A stretch of DNA of 64,000 nt from positions 224,001 to 288,000 of the forward strand of contig CAXBMO010000001.1 of NCBI GenBank assembly GCA_963977015.1, written 5' to 3'. Under the pieces are notes generated by a model, which made no database searches, was not told the DNA's origin, and saw only the letters and a list, made by a program, of their open reading frames with translations. The DNA is from an uncultured bacterium (GTDB lineage: Bacteria > Verrucomicrobiota > Verrucomicrobiia > Verrucomicrobiales > DEV007). Position 1 is the first letter of the stretch; each line of letters begins with the position of its first letter. This document shows, piece after piece, positions 9,876 to 19,332 of this stretch. The translations under genes and the position numbers were made by a program.

Positions 9876-11315
9876 ATGCGCCTGTCATTCATTCCCCTGA
9901 TTCTTTGCTTGGCCTGCTCGACGGCCCTTTGTCAGCAGAAACCGAACCTCATTTTCATCATGGCGGACGATCTCGGTTACGGAGATCTCGGCTGTTTTGG
10001 TTCCACGAAAATCCAGACGCCGAATCTGGACAAGATGGCCGCCGAGGGCATGAAATTGACCGATTTTTATGCCGGTTCCACGGTTTGTGCGCCTTCGCGT
10101 TGCGTGTTGATGACGGGACTTCATGCCGGGCATGCCTGGGTGCGGGGAAACGCGAACAGCGCGCCCAAACAGACGCTTCAACCGGGGGAGATCACGGTCG
10201 CGGGAGAGTTGAAAAAAGCCGGTTACTCCACCGCTCTGATTGGGAAATGGGGATTGGGCGAGCTGGAATCCGTAGGGCATCCCATGAAGCACGGGTTCGA
10301 TTACTTCTACGGATATTTGAATCAGCGACATGCCCACAATTTTTATCCGGAGTTTATCATCGAGCGCTTTGAAAAGGTGGCCCTCCGCAATGTTTCGGCG
10401 CCGGAATGGGTGAAGCTCAGGGAGGAGAAAGGATATCCGGACGACGGGGCTGGATGGGCGGCTCCCGACAAGAAAATCGATTACACCCACGATCTTTTTG
10501 CCGAGAAGGCGTTGGCATGGATCGACGAACACAAGGATGAAGCCTTTTTCCTCTACCTGCCGTTCACCATTCCCCACGCCAACAACGAGGCTGGCCGAGG
10601 GTTGGGAGATGGACAGGAAGTGCCGGATTACGGGATTTACGCCGACAAAGACTGGCCCAATCCCGACAAGGGCCAGGCGGCGATGATCACGAGGATGGAT
10701 GCCGATATTGGGCGGCTTTTTGCCAAGTTGAAAGAACACGGCATCGACGAGAACACGTTGGTGATGTTCACGAGCGACAATGGCCATCACAAGGAAGGGG
10801 GGAACGATCCTGAGTTTTTTGATGCCAACGGTCCGCTGCAGGGGATGAAGCGGGCGATGTATGAGGGCGGGATTCGCGTTCCGACTTTGGCGCGATGGCC
10901 CGGCGTCATTGACGCGGGCTCCAGCTCAGACCTGCCTGCCTATTTCGGGGATCTTCTCGCAACCGCCTGCGATTTGGCGGAAATCAAGACGCCGCCGGGG
11001 CGTGATTCGATTTCGTTTTTGCCAACCTTGACGGGGAACGGTGAGCAGCGTCATCACGATTACCTCTATTGGGAGTTTTATGAGCAGGGCGGCAAGCAAG
11101 CGGTGCGGTTTGGTGACTGGAAAGCGATTCGCAAACCCATGCTGACCGGAGATATCAAACTCTACAATCTCGCGGACGACCTCGGAGAGGAAAACAATCT
11201 GGCGGGGCAATATCCGGAGAAAGTCGAGCAAGCCGCCAAGATGATGGACGAGGCTCATCGCCCGGATCCGAACTGGGTTGTGCCAACGCCGAAAGCGAAG
11301 AAGAAAAAGAACTAG
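9876..11315 (+). CDS. Arylsulfatase family protein (secreted)
   Basis: [20 protein letters not shown] formylglycine motif, GKWGLG, SDNG and YEGGIRVP. Confidence 0.95.
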   Translation: MRLSFIPLILCLACSTALCQQKPNLIFIMADDLGYGDLGCFGSTKIQTPNLDKMAAEGMKLTDFYAGSTVCAPSRCVLMTGLHAGHAWVRGNANSAPKQTLQPGEITVAGELKKAGYSTALIGKWGLGELESVGHPMKHGFDYFYGYLNQRHAHNFYPEFIIERFEKVALRNVSAPEWVKLREEKGYPDDGAGWAAPDKKIDYTHDLFAEKALAWIDEHKDEAFFLYLPFTIPHANNEAGRGLGDGQEVPDYGIYADKDWPNPDKGQAAMITRMDADIGRLFAKLKEHGIDENTLVMFTSDNGHHKEGGNDPEFFDANGPLQGMKRAMYEGGIRVPTLARWPGVIDAGSSSDLPAYFGDLLATACDLAEIKTPPGRDSISFLPTLTGNGEQRHHDYLYWEFYEQGGKQAVRFGDWKAIRKPMLTGDIKLYNLADDLGEENNLAGQYPEKVEQAAKMMDEAHRPDPNWVVPTPKAKKKKN

Positions 11316-11336
11316 GTCTGGACTAAGCTGCGCCAA

Positions 11337-12161
11337 TCATGGCTTCAGCTGATCGCTGAGCCGCTGTTTCTGGTCTTTCTCGAACTGGGAGAACTTGGAT
11401 TCGATCTCCTCGATGCGCTTGAGGTGAGCGCGATGCTCTTTCCAGTAGCGATCCATTGCTTCGCGATATCCTTGGCTGAGTGGCTTGTGAGCGTTCTTCT
11501 CTTTTTGGAGCTGGAGTCGCAACCGATCCCAGAGCGCGTTCTCCGCCTTGCGAGCGTCGTGGTATTTCTCGCGAACGTCCCAGTACTGTTCATCCAACGA
11601 GCGGCGAACGGTGTTTTCGTGTGCGATTTCCGATTTCGAAGAATCGATTGCAACCATGGTGCGAGAGCCGACGACTTCATCGGTTTCATACGGCAGTTGA
11701 TGTTCGACAATGACCGATTCTCCCGGCATCAACTGGTGGCGGGTCACGATGGTCGTTTTGGAGGTTTGCTGCATCCGCGCCTCGGAAACTCCCAGTGAAA
11801 CCAATCCAACAAATCCGCGGGTCATCCCCTCGAACCCACCAATTTGCGTGGGGTAGGGGCTCCGAACGACGCTGCCATCGCTTTTGATGAACGCCGTCTC
11901 CACCACGAACTTCACCGGCATGTCGCTGAGGCTGTGGATGGGAACGCGGATGGTTTGAAAACCTTTTGGTTGGGAGAATTCCGGATCACCCAACTCCAGT
12001 CGTCCGTTGCAACTGATGTGGGCTTGAAGACGGAGCGATTTGGAATCATCGACGGAAGTCGGTTTCCCGTAAACGTCGCGAGAGGAAACAACTTTGGGTT
12101 CGTCTTGAGCAAGGCAGACGGTTGCACTCAGGAACGAAAGGAGGGCAAGGAAGATGGGCAT
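11337..12161 (-). CDS. Hypothetical secreted protein with C-terminal coiled coil
   Basis: 274-aa ORF with a signal peptide (MPIFLALLSFLSATVCLA) filling the gap between genes; no family recognised. Confidence 0.6.
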   Translation of the reverse strand: MPIFLALLSFLSATVCLAQDEPKVVSSRDVYGKPTSVDDSKSLRLQAHISCNGRLELGDPEFSQPKGFQTIRVPIHSLSDMPVKFVVETAFIKSDGSVVRSPYPTQIGGFEGMTRGFVGLVSLGVSEARMQQTSKTTIVTRHQLMPGESVIVEHQLPYETDEVVGSRTMVAIDSSKSEIAHENTVRRSLDEQYWDVREKYHDARKAENALWDRLRLQLQKEKNAHKPLSQGYREAMDRYWKEHRAHLKRIEEIESKFSQFEKDQKQRLSDQLKP

Positions 12162-12347
12162 AAATCGGGGGGGACAGACTTGGACTGCAACGCAATCAGT
12201 GTAATAAGATACTGAAATCGGCGAAATGATTCAAGAATCGCCAATTTTCGTGCGATGGAGGAGAGCAATTCAAGATCAGCGCTGGTTCCGGTTGCTGCGA
12301 AAATGACTGTGTTTCGGCGTCGGATTCAAGCGGTTCTTTTGCACAGC

Positions 12348-13820
12348 TTATTCACTATTGATGACGGATTTGGCAGGTTCAATTAAAGTAAGCCAAATGA
12401 TTTCCGTTTCGTCGATCAAATAAGCGCCCCTCGAACCGCTGGTTTGAAAAGAGTAGGTAGCGGCCTGGGACTTGGTTGCGGTTGATGGATGGAGTCGGAT
12501 TTTTAGCGGAACACTTGTCGGGATTGCGTCGGGTTTCGCCTCCAGTTTCAACTTCACATCGCCAGATTTTTCAGGGACTTCGGGCTGTTTGAAGTGAACC
12601 CCGTTCGGGAGATTTTCGATTTGTACTTCAAGTGGTTCCTGGTGACCATTGGCGCGAACCAGCTTGATCGGCACTTCGAGCGATTTGCCAACTTCGAGCG
12701 TGAACGCTGAAGCCGTCACCGTCGCGGAAAAGTCAGGTTCGGGCTCTTCCAAAACCAAGTGGTAGCGAAACTCAGGGCCTCCGCGTTGAAATCGATCCCA
12801 AATCTGGGCTTCGTAGTCGCCGGCGAGCGGAGCCGTCAGCAGAATTTCCGGATCGGGCTTCTTGTTGAAGTCATCGACCGTCCGATAGAGTTTCTCGTCC
12901 GGCCGGATGATGCTCAAGACTCCGTCGAGCGGTGAGCCGTGTTGGTGAGCTTCAATCCGGATATTGATTTTCTGTCCTTTTTCGGCTGGGATTTGGAAGG
13001 AATCAGGCTTCCCGTCCAGGCGCAAATTTGAGGCGTATCTTCCGGGTAACGGCAGTCGGTTTCCAGATTTCGTAACGGTTGCGGCTGTGGGAAACGTGGC
13101 CAGGTCCGGGGTGTCGGTCCGGAGATTGAGCCGATAAATCATCGCCGCGCCCCCGGCGAAGGAAACATTGGACGAAGCTTTGTGGTCAATGGCGACCACT
13201 TGGATCGTGTAGTCCCCGTTTTCCGCGATGGCGTGAGTCAGGATCGGATCGAGGTTGCGGCTGTCGCTCGCCAGCGCAATTTCCTGACCATCCGGGCCAT
13301 ACAGATGCAGAAACGGGTCAATCGCGGAACCCAGGCCGTATCCGTCGATCGTTGCGGTCAAAGTTTGGCCCTTCTTGAGAGGGAGCCGAAAGAAGTCAAT
13401 GTCATCGCGCTTTTCCAGCTTCCCGTTCACGACCAGCGGAATCTGGCTGAGAGGTTGTGGAGTGGTCAGCGCGTCATTGTCGGCGCCTTCCAAGATTTCG
13501 GGAAACGCTCCGACCATGAAGGTCTTGGGGGCGCTCGCGCCTTCGGAGTTAAAGACGCGAATCAAGGTCGGGCCAACTTCGGCCTCAGCAGTGATCTTGA
13601 CCTTGAGAGATCCTTTCGTTTTTCCGGGTTCGAATTCGATCGCGGGGTTCCCGCACCAGATCTGAATTGGCCATGGATCGAAATTGCCAATCAGCGAGAC
13701 TTCGAAAGTGGTCCCGATTTGCCCGCCGGCTGGGTAAATTCCGTCCAACTGCGGGACCGCGGCAAGCAGCAACGATACCGGCGCCAAAAGTAGCGCAATC
13801 TGCAAGGCGATCCGTCTCAA
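12348..13820 (-). CDS. PPC (pre-peptidase C-terminal) domain-containing secreted protein
   Basis: Signal peptide, YPAGGQxG start and two PPC-like repeats (DDIDFFR...GQ...DPFLHLYGPDG; GSPLDGVL...DPEI). TTG start overlaps the DUF1501 stop codon. Confidence 0.82.
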   Translation of the reverse strand: MRRIALQIALLLAPVSLLLAAVPQLDGIYPAGGQIGTTFEVSLIGNFDPWPIQIWCGNPAIEFEPGKTKGSLKVKITAEAEVGPTLIRVFNSEGASAPKTFMVGAFPEILEGADNDALTTPQPLSQIPLVVNGKLEKRDDIDFFRLPLKKGQTLTATIDGYGLGSAIDPFLHLYGPDGQEIALASDSRNLDPILTHAIAENGDYTIQVVAIDHKASSNVSFAGGAAMIYRLNLRTDTPDLATFPTAATVTKSGNRLPLPGRYASNLRLDGKPDSFQIPAEKGQKINIRIEAHQHGSPLDGVLSIIRPDEKLYRTVDDFNKKPDPEILLTAPLAGDYEAQIWDRFQRGGPEFRYHLVLEEPEPDFSATVTASAFTLEVGKSLEVPIKLVRANGHQEPLEVQIENLPNGVHFKQPEVPEKSGDVKLKLEAKPDAIPTSVPLKIRLHPSTATKSQAATYSFQTSGSRGAYLIDETEIIWLTLIEPAKSVINSE

Positions 13821-15136
13821 GAGAACAGCTCGTTGATCAATCGTCCTTTATTCACCAATTGAACGGGCCGTCCGACCGGAGTGTGAAGATGCTGAGAATG
13901 ATCGATTCCCATTTTGGTGTAGAGGGACGCGGCGAAATCTTCCGGCGCATACACATTTTCGTTCGCGTAGTAGCCTTTCACGTCGGTCGCACCAACGATT
14001 TGACCTCCTGGAATGCCGGCGCCAGCCATCAGAACGGACATCGCAAACGACCAGTGATCCCGGCCCGCGTCCTTGTTGATTTTCGGTGTCCGCCCAAATT
14101 CGCCGAGCACGATCACCATCGTGTTTTCCAGCGTGCCGCGTTCCTTGAGGTCACGGATCAATGCGGCGACCCCGGTATCAAGCTTCGGCAGGTAGGAGTC
14201 CTTGAGGCTCTTGAAGATGCCCCGGTGATGATCCCAGCCACCGTAGTAGACGCTGACGAACGGCACGCCGACTTCAGTCAATCGTCTCGCGAGGAGCAAT
14301 CGCTGCCCGAAATCGTTGCGACCGTAGCTCTCGCGGACTTGTTCGGATTCCTTTGAGATATCAAATGCCGCCTGAGCCGTGTCGGAATACACCAAATCGT
14401 AGCCCTGCGCGTAAAACTGGTCCAACGCCATGGCGGGATCTTCCGCCGCGGCATGGTGGATTCGCTTCAGCTGATCGAGCGACTGGCGCAACTCACGTCG
14501 GTTTTCGGCGCGTTCTCCGACGATTGTGTCGGGGATGCTGACATCGCGAACACGAAATCCCTGGCTGTCCGGATTGTCGGAAATCACGAATGGAGCGTAA
14601 GAGGCTCCCAGGAAATTTGGCCCGCCGGATCGCGACATGCGACCGAGGCTGAAATACGGAGGCATTCCATCCTGAACGCCCCGTTCACGAGCGATGACGG
14701 AACCGAAGGAGGGGTGAAAGGTGACGAACGCACCGCATCCAACCGGCACCGGAGTCGGGGCTCCCGTCATCAAATAATGATTTCCCGCCCCGTGATTGTT
14801 CTGATCATGGGCGATTGAGCGAACCACGGTAAACTCGTCGGCGATTTTGGCCAATTTCGGGACCTGGTCACAAAACTCGACCCCCGGGATTGGCGTTTTT
14901 ACCGTTCCGAACTCGCCGCGAATTTCGCTGGGAGCTTCAGGTTTCGGGTCAAAGGTTTCGTAGTGGCTCGGGCCTCCATCCAGCCACACCAGGATGCAAC
15001 GCGTATCCTTGCCGTTTCCGGAGCGTTCCCGGGCTTGAAGGAGGTCGGTCAATCCCAATCCCCCCAAAGCGCCCATCCCGACTTGCAGGAAGTCGCGGCG
15101 CCCCCGGTGAGTGCAGATCTGTGAAGTGTGGGCCAT
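13817..15136 (-). CDS. DUF1501 domain-containing protein
   Basis: Tat-like RRDFL; ILVWLDGGPSHYETFDPKP, YGRNDFGQRLLLARRL, GGWDHH and GEFGRTPKINKDAGRDHW. Confidence 0.92.
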   Translation of the reverse strand: MAHTSQICTHRGRRDFLQVGMGALGGLGLTDLLQARERSGNGKDTRCILVWLDGGPSHYETFDPKPEAPSEIRGEFGTVKTPIPGVEFCDQVPKLAKIADEFTVVRSIAHDQNNHGAGNHYLMTGAPTPVPVGCGAFVTFHPSFGSVIARERGVQDGMPPYFSLGRMSRSGGPNFLGASYAPFVISDNPDSQGFRVRDVSIPDTIVGERAENRRELRQSLDQLKRIHHAAAEDPAMALDQFYAQGYDLVYSDTAQAAFDISKESEQVRESYGRNDFGQRLLLARRLTEVGVPFVSVYYGGWDHHRGIFKSLKDSYLPKLDTGVAALIRDLKERGTLENTMVIVLGEFGRTPKINKDAGRDHWSFAMSVLMAGAGIPGGQIVGATDVKGYYANENVYAPEDFAASLYTKMGIDHSQHLHTPVGRPVQLVNKGRLINELFS

Positions 15137-15228
15137 GTCACTCCAATCACGGCCATTGATCCCCCGATCTTTCTCGGCCGGTTTCTCGAAAACTTGCCCT
15201 TCGCGAGTTGTCGGTCTAAAGCTGCGCG

Positions 15229-16758
15229 ATGAAACCCCGCTTTGTCTTTCTCCTCCTGGGTTTGCTCGTCGCGTCGAGCTACGCCGAATCGCGCCGCAAC
15301 ATCATCCTGATTCTGATCGACGATCATCGCTATGATGCGATGGGATTCATGGAGCATCCGTTCCTGGAGACCCCGAATCTGGACCGGTTGGCGAAAAATG
15401 GAGTGCACTTCGAGAATGCCTTCGTTACCACTTCGCTTTGTTCGCCGAGCCGCGCATCAATTTTGACCGGGCTGTATGCGCACAATCATCGCGTGGTCGA
15501 TAACTACAATCCGGTGAACAAGGATTTGGTCTTTTTTCCGCAGTTGCTCCAGGATGCCGGTTATGAAACGGCCTTCATCGGTAAATGGCACATGGGCGAC
15601 GAGGAAGATCCCCAGCGGGGATTTGATCATTGGATCAGTTTCAAAGGGCAGGGGATTTACTGGCCGCACGAGGAGGGATTGAACGTGAAAGGCCGCTATG
15701 TTCCGCAAGCCTACAAATCGGGAATCAATATCAACGGAAAGAATGTCGATCAAAAAGGCTACATCACTGATGAATTGACCGACTACGCGCTTGATTGGTT
15801 AGGCGAACGCTCGGGGGAGAAACCGCACTTCCTGTATTTATCGCACAAAGCCGTTCACGCGGATTTCCTGCCGCCCAATCGTTTTGCCTATCGTTACGAG
15901 GATAAGGAGGTTCCGCTCCCCATAACCTGGGCGGATGATCCGTCTCTCTTCACCGACGTTCCCAAATGGGTCAAGAATCAGCGCAACAGCCGTCATGGCG
16001 TTGAGTTTGCGTATTATACCAACCTGGATTTGGCCAATTACTACAAGCGCTACTGTGAAACGATTCTCGCCGTTGATGACAGTGTCGGGCGGATTCTGAC
16101 GCATCTCGAGGAAAAGGGAGAGTTGGAATCCACCTTGATTCTCTATTTGGGAGACAACGGATTTCTCTTTGGCGAACATGGCTTAATCGACAAGCGGTGT
16201 GCGTATGAAGAATCGCTCCGCATTCCCATGATGATGCATTGTCCGGAGATTCTGGAAGCAGATACCACGGTTTCAGAAGTGGTCGCGAACATCGATGTCG
16301 GGCCAACGATGCTTGATGTCGCAGGCTTGGAGACGCCGGAGTTCATGAACGGACAAAGTTTTCTTCCGTTGGCCAAGGGAGAGGAGATCGAGTGGCGTGA
16401 CTATCTTCTCTATGAGTATTACTGGGAGCGCAATTATCCGCAGACTCCGACGATGCATGCGCTGATCGGTGATCAGTATAAGTATATCCGATATCACGGA
16501 ATCTGGGACACGGATGAACTCTATGATCTGAAGACGGATCCGCACGAACGGACCAATCTTCACAATCAGCCGGAGCAGGCCGAACGCGTCACGAAACTGA
16601 ATCAGCGGTTGTTTGAGATACTTGAAGAGACTTCGGGAATGGACCTACCGCTTGTCGGCGACCGGGGAACCAAATTCCATCATCGGAAGATCGATGGCAC
16701 CAAGGGCGCTCCGTTTCACGATTGGATGTATCGAGAGGCGGGAACCAGCGGTCGTTGA
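15229..16758 (+). CDS. Sulfatase (N-acetylglucosamine-6-sulfatase-like)
   Basis: Signal peptide; NIILILIDDHR, CSPSR, GKWHM, HKAVH, GEHGLIDKR and YEESLRIP. Confidence 0.94.
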   Translation: MKPRFVFLLLGLLVASSYAESRRNIILILIDDHRYDAMGFMEHPFLETPNLDRLAKNGVHFENAFVTTSLCSPSRASILTGLYAHNHRVVDNYNPVNKDLVFFPQLLQDAGYETAFIGKWHMGDEEDPQRGFDHWISFKGQGIYWPHEEGLNVKGRYVPQAYKSGININGKNVDQKGYITDELTDYALDWLGERSGEKPHFLYLSHKAVHADFLPPNRFAYRYEDKEVPLPITWADDPSLFTDVPKWVKNQRNSRHGVEFAYYTNLDLANYYKRYCETILAVDDSVGRILTHLEEKGELESTLILYLGDNGFLFGEHGLIDKRCAYEESLRIPMMMHCPEILEADTTVSEVVANIDVGPTMLDVAGLETPEFMNGQSFLPLAKGEEIEWRDYLLYEYYWERNYPQTPTMHALIGDQYKYIRYHGIWDTDELYDLKTDPHERTNLHNQPEQAERVTKLNQRLFEILEETSGMDLPLVGDRGTKFHHRKIDGTKGAPFHDWMYREAGTSGR

Positions 16759-16759
16759 T

Positions 16760-18664
16760 TCACTTCGCGACCGGAGTGTCGGCTCCGGAGACGGGAGTCA
16801 GATCTTCCGGCGGTGCGATCGCATCACGAACCGGGCTCTCAGTGCCCAAATAGAGATTTCCGTCCTCGTTTTCGACCGTGAGGGGCTCCGATGGTGAAGC
16901 GCTGAAATTGGCAAGGCCAACGGAAGAAAGGAAGGCAACCAGGCCCAATGTGGCGGTCGTGCCCAGGGCAACCCGTTGCATGGGGAGTAGCGCGGTGTCC
17001 CACCACGCCGCCATGTCCCGGGGGGCATGCGACATCGGTGCGGGTTTGGAGTTCGGCCTCGTCAAACTGCGTTGAAGCTCTGCGAGCAGAGTTGCCCGGA
17101 CAAAGCTCGAAGTTCGGTGACCATAAGTGGACGCTCGTCGAATCGCGTGGGTGACCGCATCGAGGGCAAGCTCCCGACGGCTAAGGAGTCGACCTGCGAG
17201 TTCTGCGAATCCAACTTCCTGGGTAACGCCGACGATCTTGCGAATCAATCGGATCTTGGCATCCGCGCCATAAGTGGCGGGATCATTGGTGTGGAGAAAT
17301 TGCGTTGGAAGGATCCGGAGCTTCACCTCAAAGCTGGAGGAGTCTTCGAGCCACTCGAGATTTGACGGGTCGATGCGTCTTTTCTCTGACGCCACCAAGT
17401 AGATCGATGTTGGATCGATTGCCGGTATCTTGTAACCCTTGCGATCTATTTGGCGCAGCGCGCTATCGACTTTGCGGAGAATATCCAGAGCGATGCTGAC
17501 GCGGAGTCCAACTTTTGAAAGCATGAGAACCCGGGCCAGGTTGAGTCCATTTGGGCTGGATTCAGCGAAAACGGTACAGTCTTTAGATTTCCAGCTGTTG
17601 TGAATGGGGAGGATCGGGAGATTTGGATCCGGAGATCGCTTCCACCGTTCCGCCTGAAGACAAAGCTGGCGCATTTGTCGGTCGACAGATTTCCGGGGAG
17701 GCAGGACGTGGAGCAGAACCGGACGATTTGCGATCTCATCGATCGCAGGAAGGATCGTCGGTTGTCTGGCATCCCGGCCAGCGGCGCTAATGCAGTATTG
17801 TGCCGGAAATTCTCGTTCGGCCGGAAGCCAATCGAGGCATCGTCGCCGAGAGGGAAGGCTGTTCAGCCGGCGAAGAAACGAAACGGGGAACGAATGATCG
17901 CCAATTTGGTCTTCGCAGTGTTCGAGGAGAATTCGGATATGCCGCCGGTCAAAAACGCGAAACTCAATGTCCTCATGAAAGAGAAGGTCGAGAAATTCCT
18001 GAATCTGAGGTCGGTCGCGAAGTTGGGGGACGTCATCCAGATTGCGTTTTGTGAGATTGAAGTAGGATTCCCATTCACCTGTCGCCATGTAGAACCACAA
18101 GACGGAGAGTGAGCGCAGCCAGTAGACCCAAAGAGTGGTTTCCTGTTCTTGCGTGACCTGGAATTCGCAAGTCGCGCAAGCAATTGAGATTTGTTCGGAT
18201 TCATTTTGCCAGACGTAGAGCAAACGTGGATCGAGAGTCAGCCCAATGCCGTCTTGGTCATACACTCGTTCGCACAGATCAAGCAGCTGAAGAGCAAGTT
18301 CACACCAAACTGAATCGGCGAAGCCATTGGTTTCCTTGACGAGACGATCGAGGCTGTGACCAGGGAGAGTTTCGAAGACTCCGGTTGCCCGTTCTCCATG
18401 AGTTTGAAAGTCCAACAACGTGGCAAGCCCTGGAATGGGCTGGTTCTGTAGATTGCGTGCCAGATGATTGAGACGCGACTCCTTGTCTGCTCCAATCTTC
18501 ACGTCGGCAGAGGTGAGGTCCCTAAGCACCACGAAGCGTTGGAATTTCGCTGAGTAGTGCGTGTCGAGAGGTTCTACGGGGGCATGGCCGGAAAAGGCCT
18601 CTGAGGGGGGAGTGGTCATGAAGCGGTTTGGGAAATCCGTCGATGGGATAGGAGGCAAATCCAA
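16760..18664 (-). CDS. Membrane-anchored protein with two degenerate Ser/Thr-kinase-like domains (pseudokinase)
   Basis: Two tandem regions align by eye with Hanks-kinase subdomains but lack the Lys, HRD and DFG residues. C-terminal hydrophobic helix VALGTTATLGLVAFLSSVGLA. Start is TTG 18664 or ATG 18619. Confidence 0.7.
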   Translation of the reverse strand: MDLPPIPSTDFPNRFMTTPPSEAFSGHAPVEPLDTHYSAKFQRFVVLRDLTSADVKIGADKESRLNHLARNLQNQPIPGLATLLDFQTHGERATGVFETLPGHSLDRLVKETNGFADSVWCELALQLLDLCERVYDQDGIGLTLDPRLLYVWQNESEQISIACATCEFQVTQEQETTLWVYWLRSLSVLWFYMATGEWESYFNLTKRNLDDVPQLRDRPQIQEFLDLLFHEDIEFRVFDRRHIRILLEHCEDQIGDHSFPVSFLRRLNSLPSRRRCLDWLPAEREFPAQYCISAAGRDARQPTILPAIDEIANRPVLLHVLPPRKSVDRQMRQLCLQAERWKRSPDPNLPILPIHNSWKSKDCTVFAESSPNGLNLARVLMLSKVGLRVSIALDILRKVDSALRQIDRKGYKIPAIDPTSIYLVASEKRRIDPSNLEWLEDSSSFEVKLRILPTQFLHTNDPATYGADAKIRLIRKIVGVTQEVGFAELAGRLLSRRELALDAVTHAIRRASTYGHRTSSFVRATLLAELQRSLTRPNSKPAPMSHAPRDMAAWWDTALLPMQRVALGTTATLGLVAFLSSVGLANFSASPSEPLTVENEDGNLYLGTESPVRDAIAPPEDLTPVSGADTPVAK

Positions 18665-18824
18665 GTGATCCGCCCGCCTTTAGAATCGGCGATCTCAATT
18701 GGTTTATCAAATCTGAAAATCTTTTTCCTCTTAAAGTCTTGATATTGAGAGTATTAATTTTTGCGGAAGAAATAATCCCGCTTTCGCTTTCGCCGGATTT
18801 GGACTAGTTTGTGGTAATTATAAC

Positions 18825-19220
18825 ATGAAAGCGCGCACCTCATCGTTCCAGAAGGCTCATGTCAAAGCCGAAGCGACAGCCAAATTGCTGGTCACCATCA
18901 TCGTCTGCTATTTCGGCTATCATCTCTTTGGTGAGGATCTTGTGAACGGTTTTTCCGGGGTGGTGAACCAGCAGAAGTATCTCTTTAAGGCTCAGGAAGT
19001 TCAGGAGCTTTGTGCCTCTGCGAACCGGGCGGGGTGCAATTTTGTGGAAGCCGATGGTGATGTGGAGCAGACGCTCCGAAACATTTCACAGGGCTTGGAT
19101 GTTGGAGGCAGGGGGAAAACCGCCGGGCACTTTCGCTTGGTGATGTCCGAAGAGGAGATTCGGAGCACGGAGACATTTTTGGAGATCGTGGAAGGGCAGT
19201 TGGTCCTCAAGAGTGATTAG
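18825..19220 (+). CDS. Small membrane-anchored hypothetical protein, possibly a degenerate pilin-like protein
   Basis: Basic N-terminus, hydrophobic segment LLVTIIVCYFGY and a globular part reminiscent of verrucomicrobial pilin-like proteins. Confidence 0.55.
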   Translation: MKARTSSFQKAHVKAEATAKLLVTIIVCYFGYHLFGEDLVNGFSGVVNQQKYLFKAQEVQELCASANRAGCNFVEADGDVEQTLRNISQGLDVGGRGKTAGHFRLVMSEEEIRSTETFLEIVEGQLVLKSD

Positions 19221-19332
19221 GGCGCGGTTGCTTGGGGACTCGTGAATCCGGCTTGCGCTGGGCAAAATTCACAGGCTGATTGACCGGCGCGTTTGCAACT
19301 GGTTTGCGAGCGGTCGTTCAAAACCCCAGTCT

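Noticed and set aside
18665..18824. AT-rich quasi-palindrome (TAAAGTCTTGATATTGAGAGTATTA) in a divergent promoter region
   Set aside because: Weak symmetry and a single occurrence; cannot be distinguished from ordinary promoter sequence.
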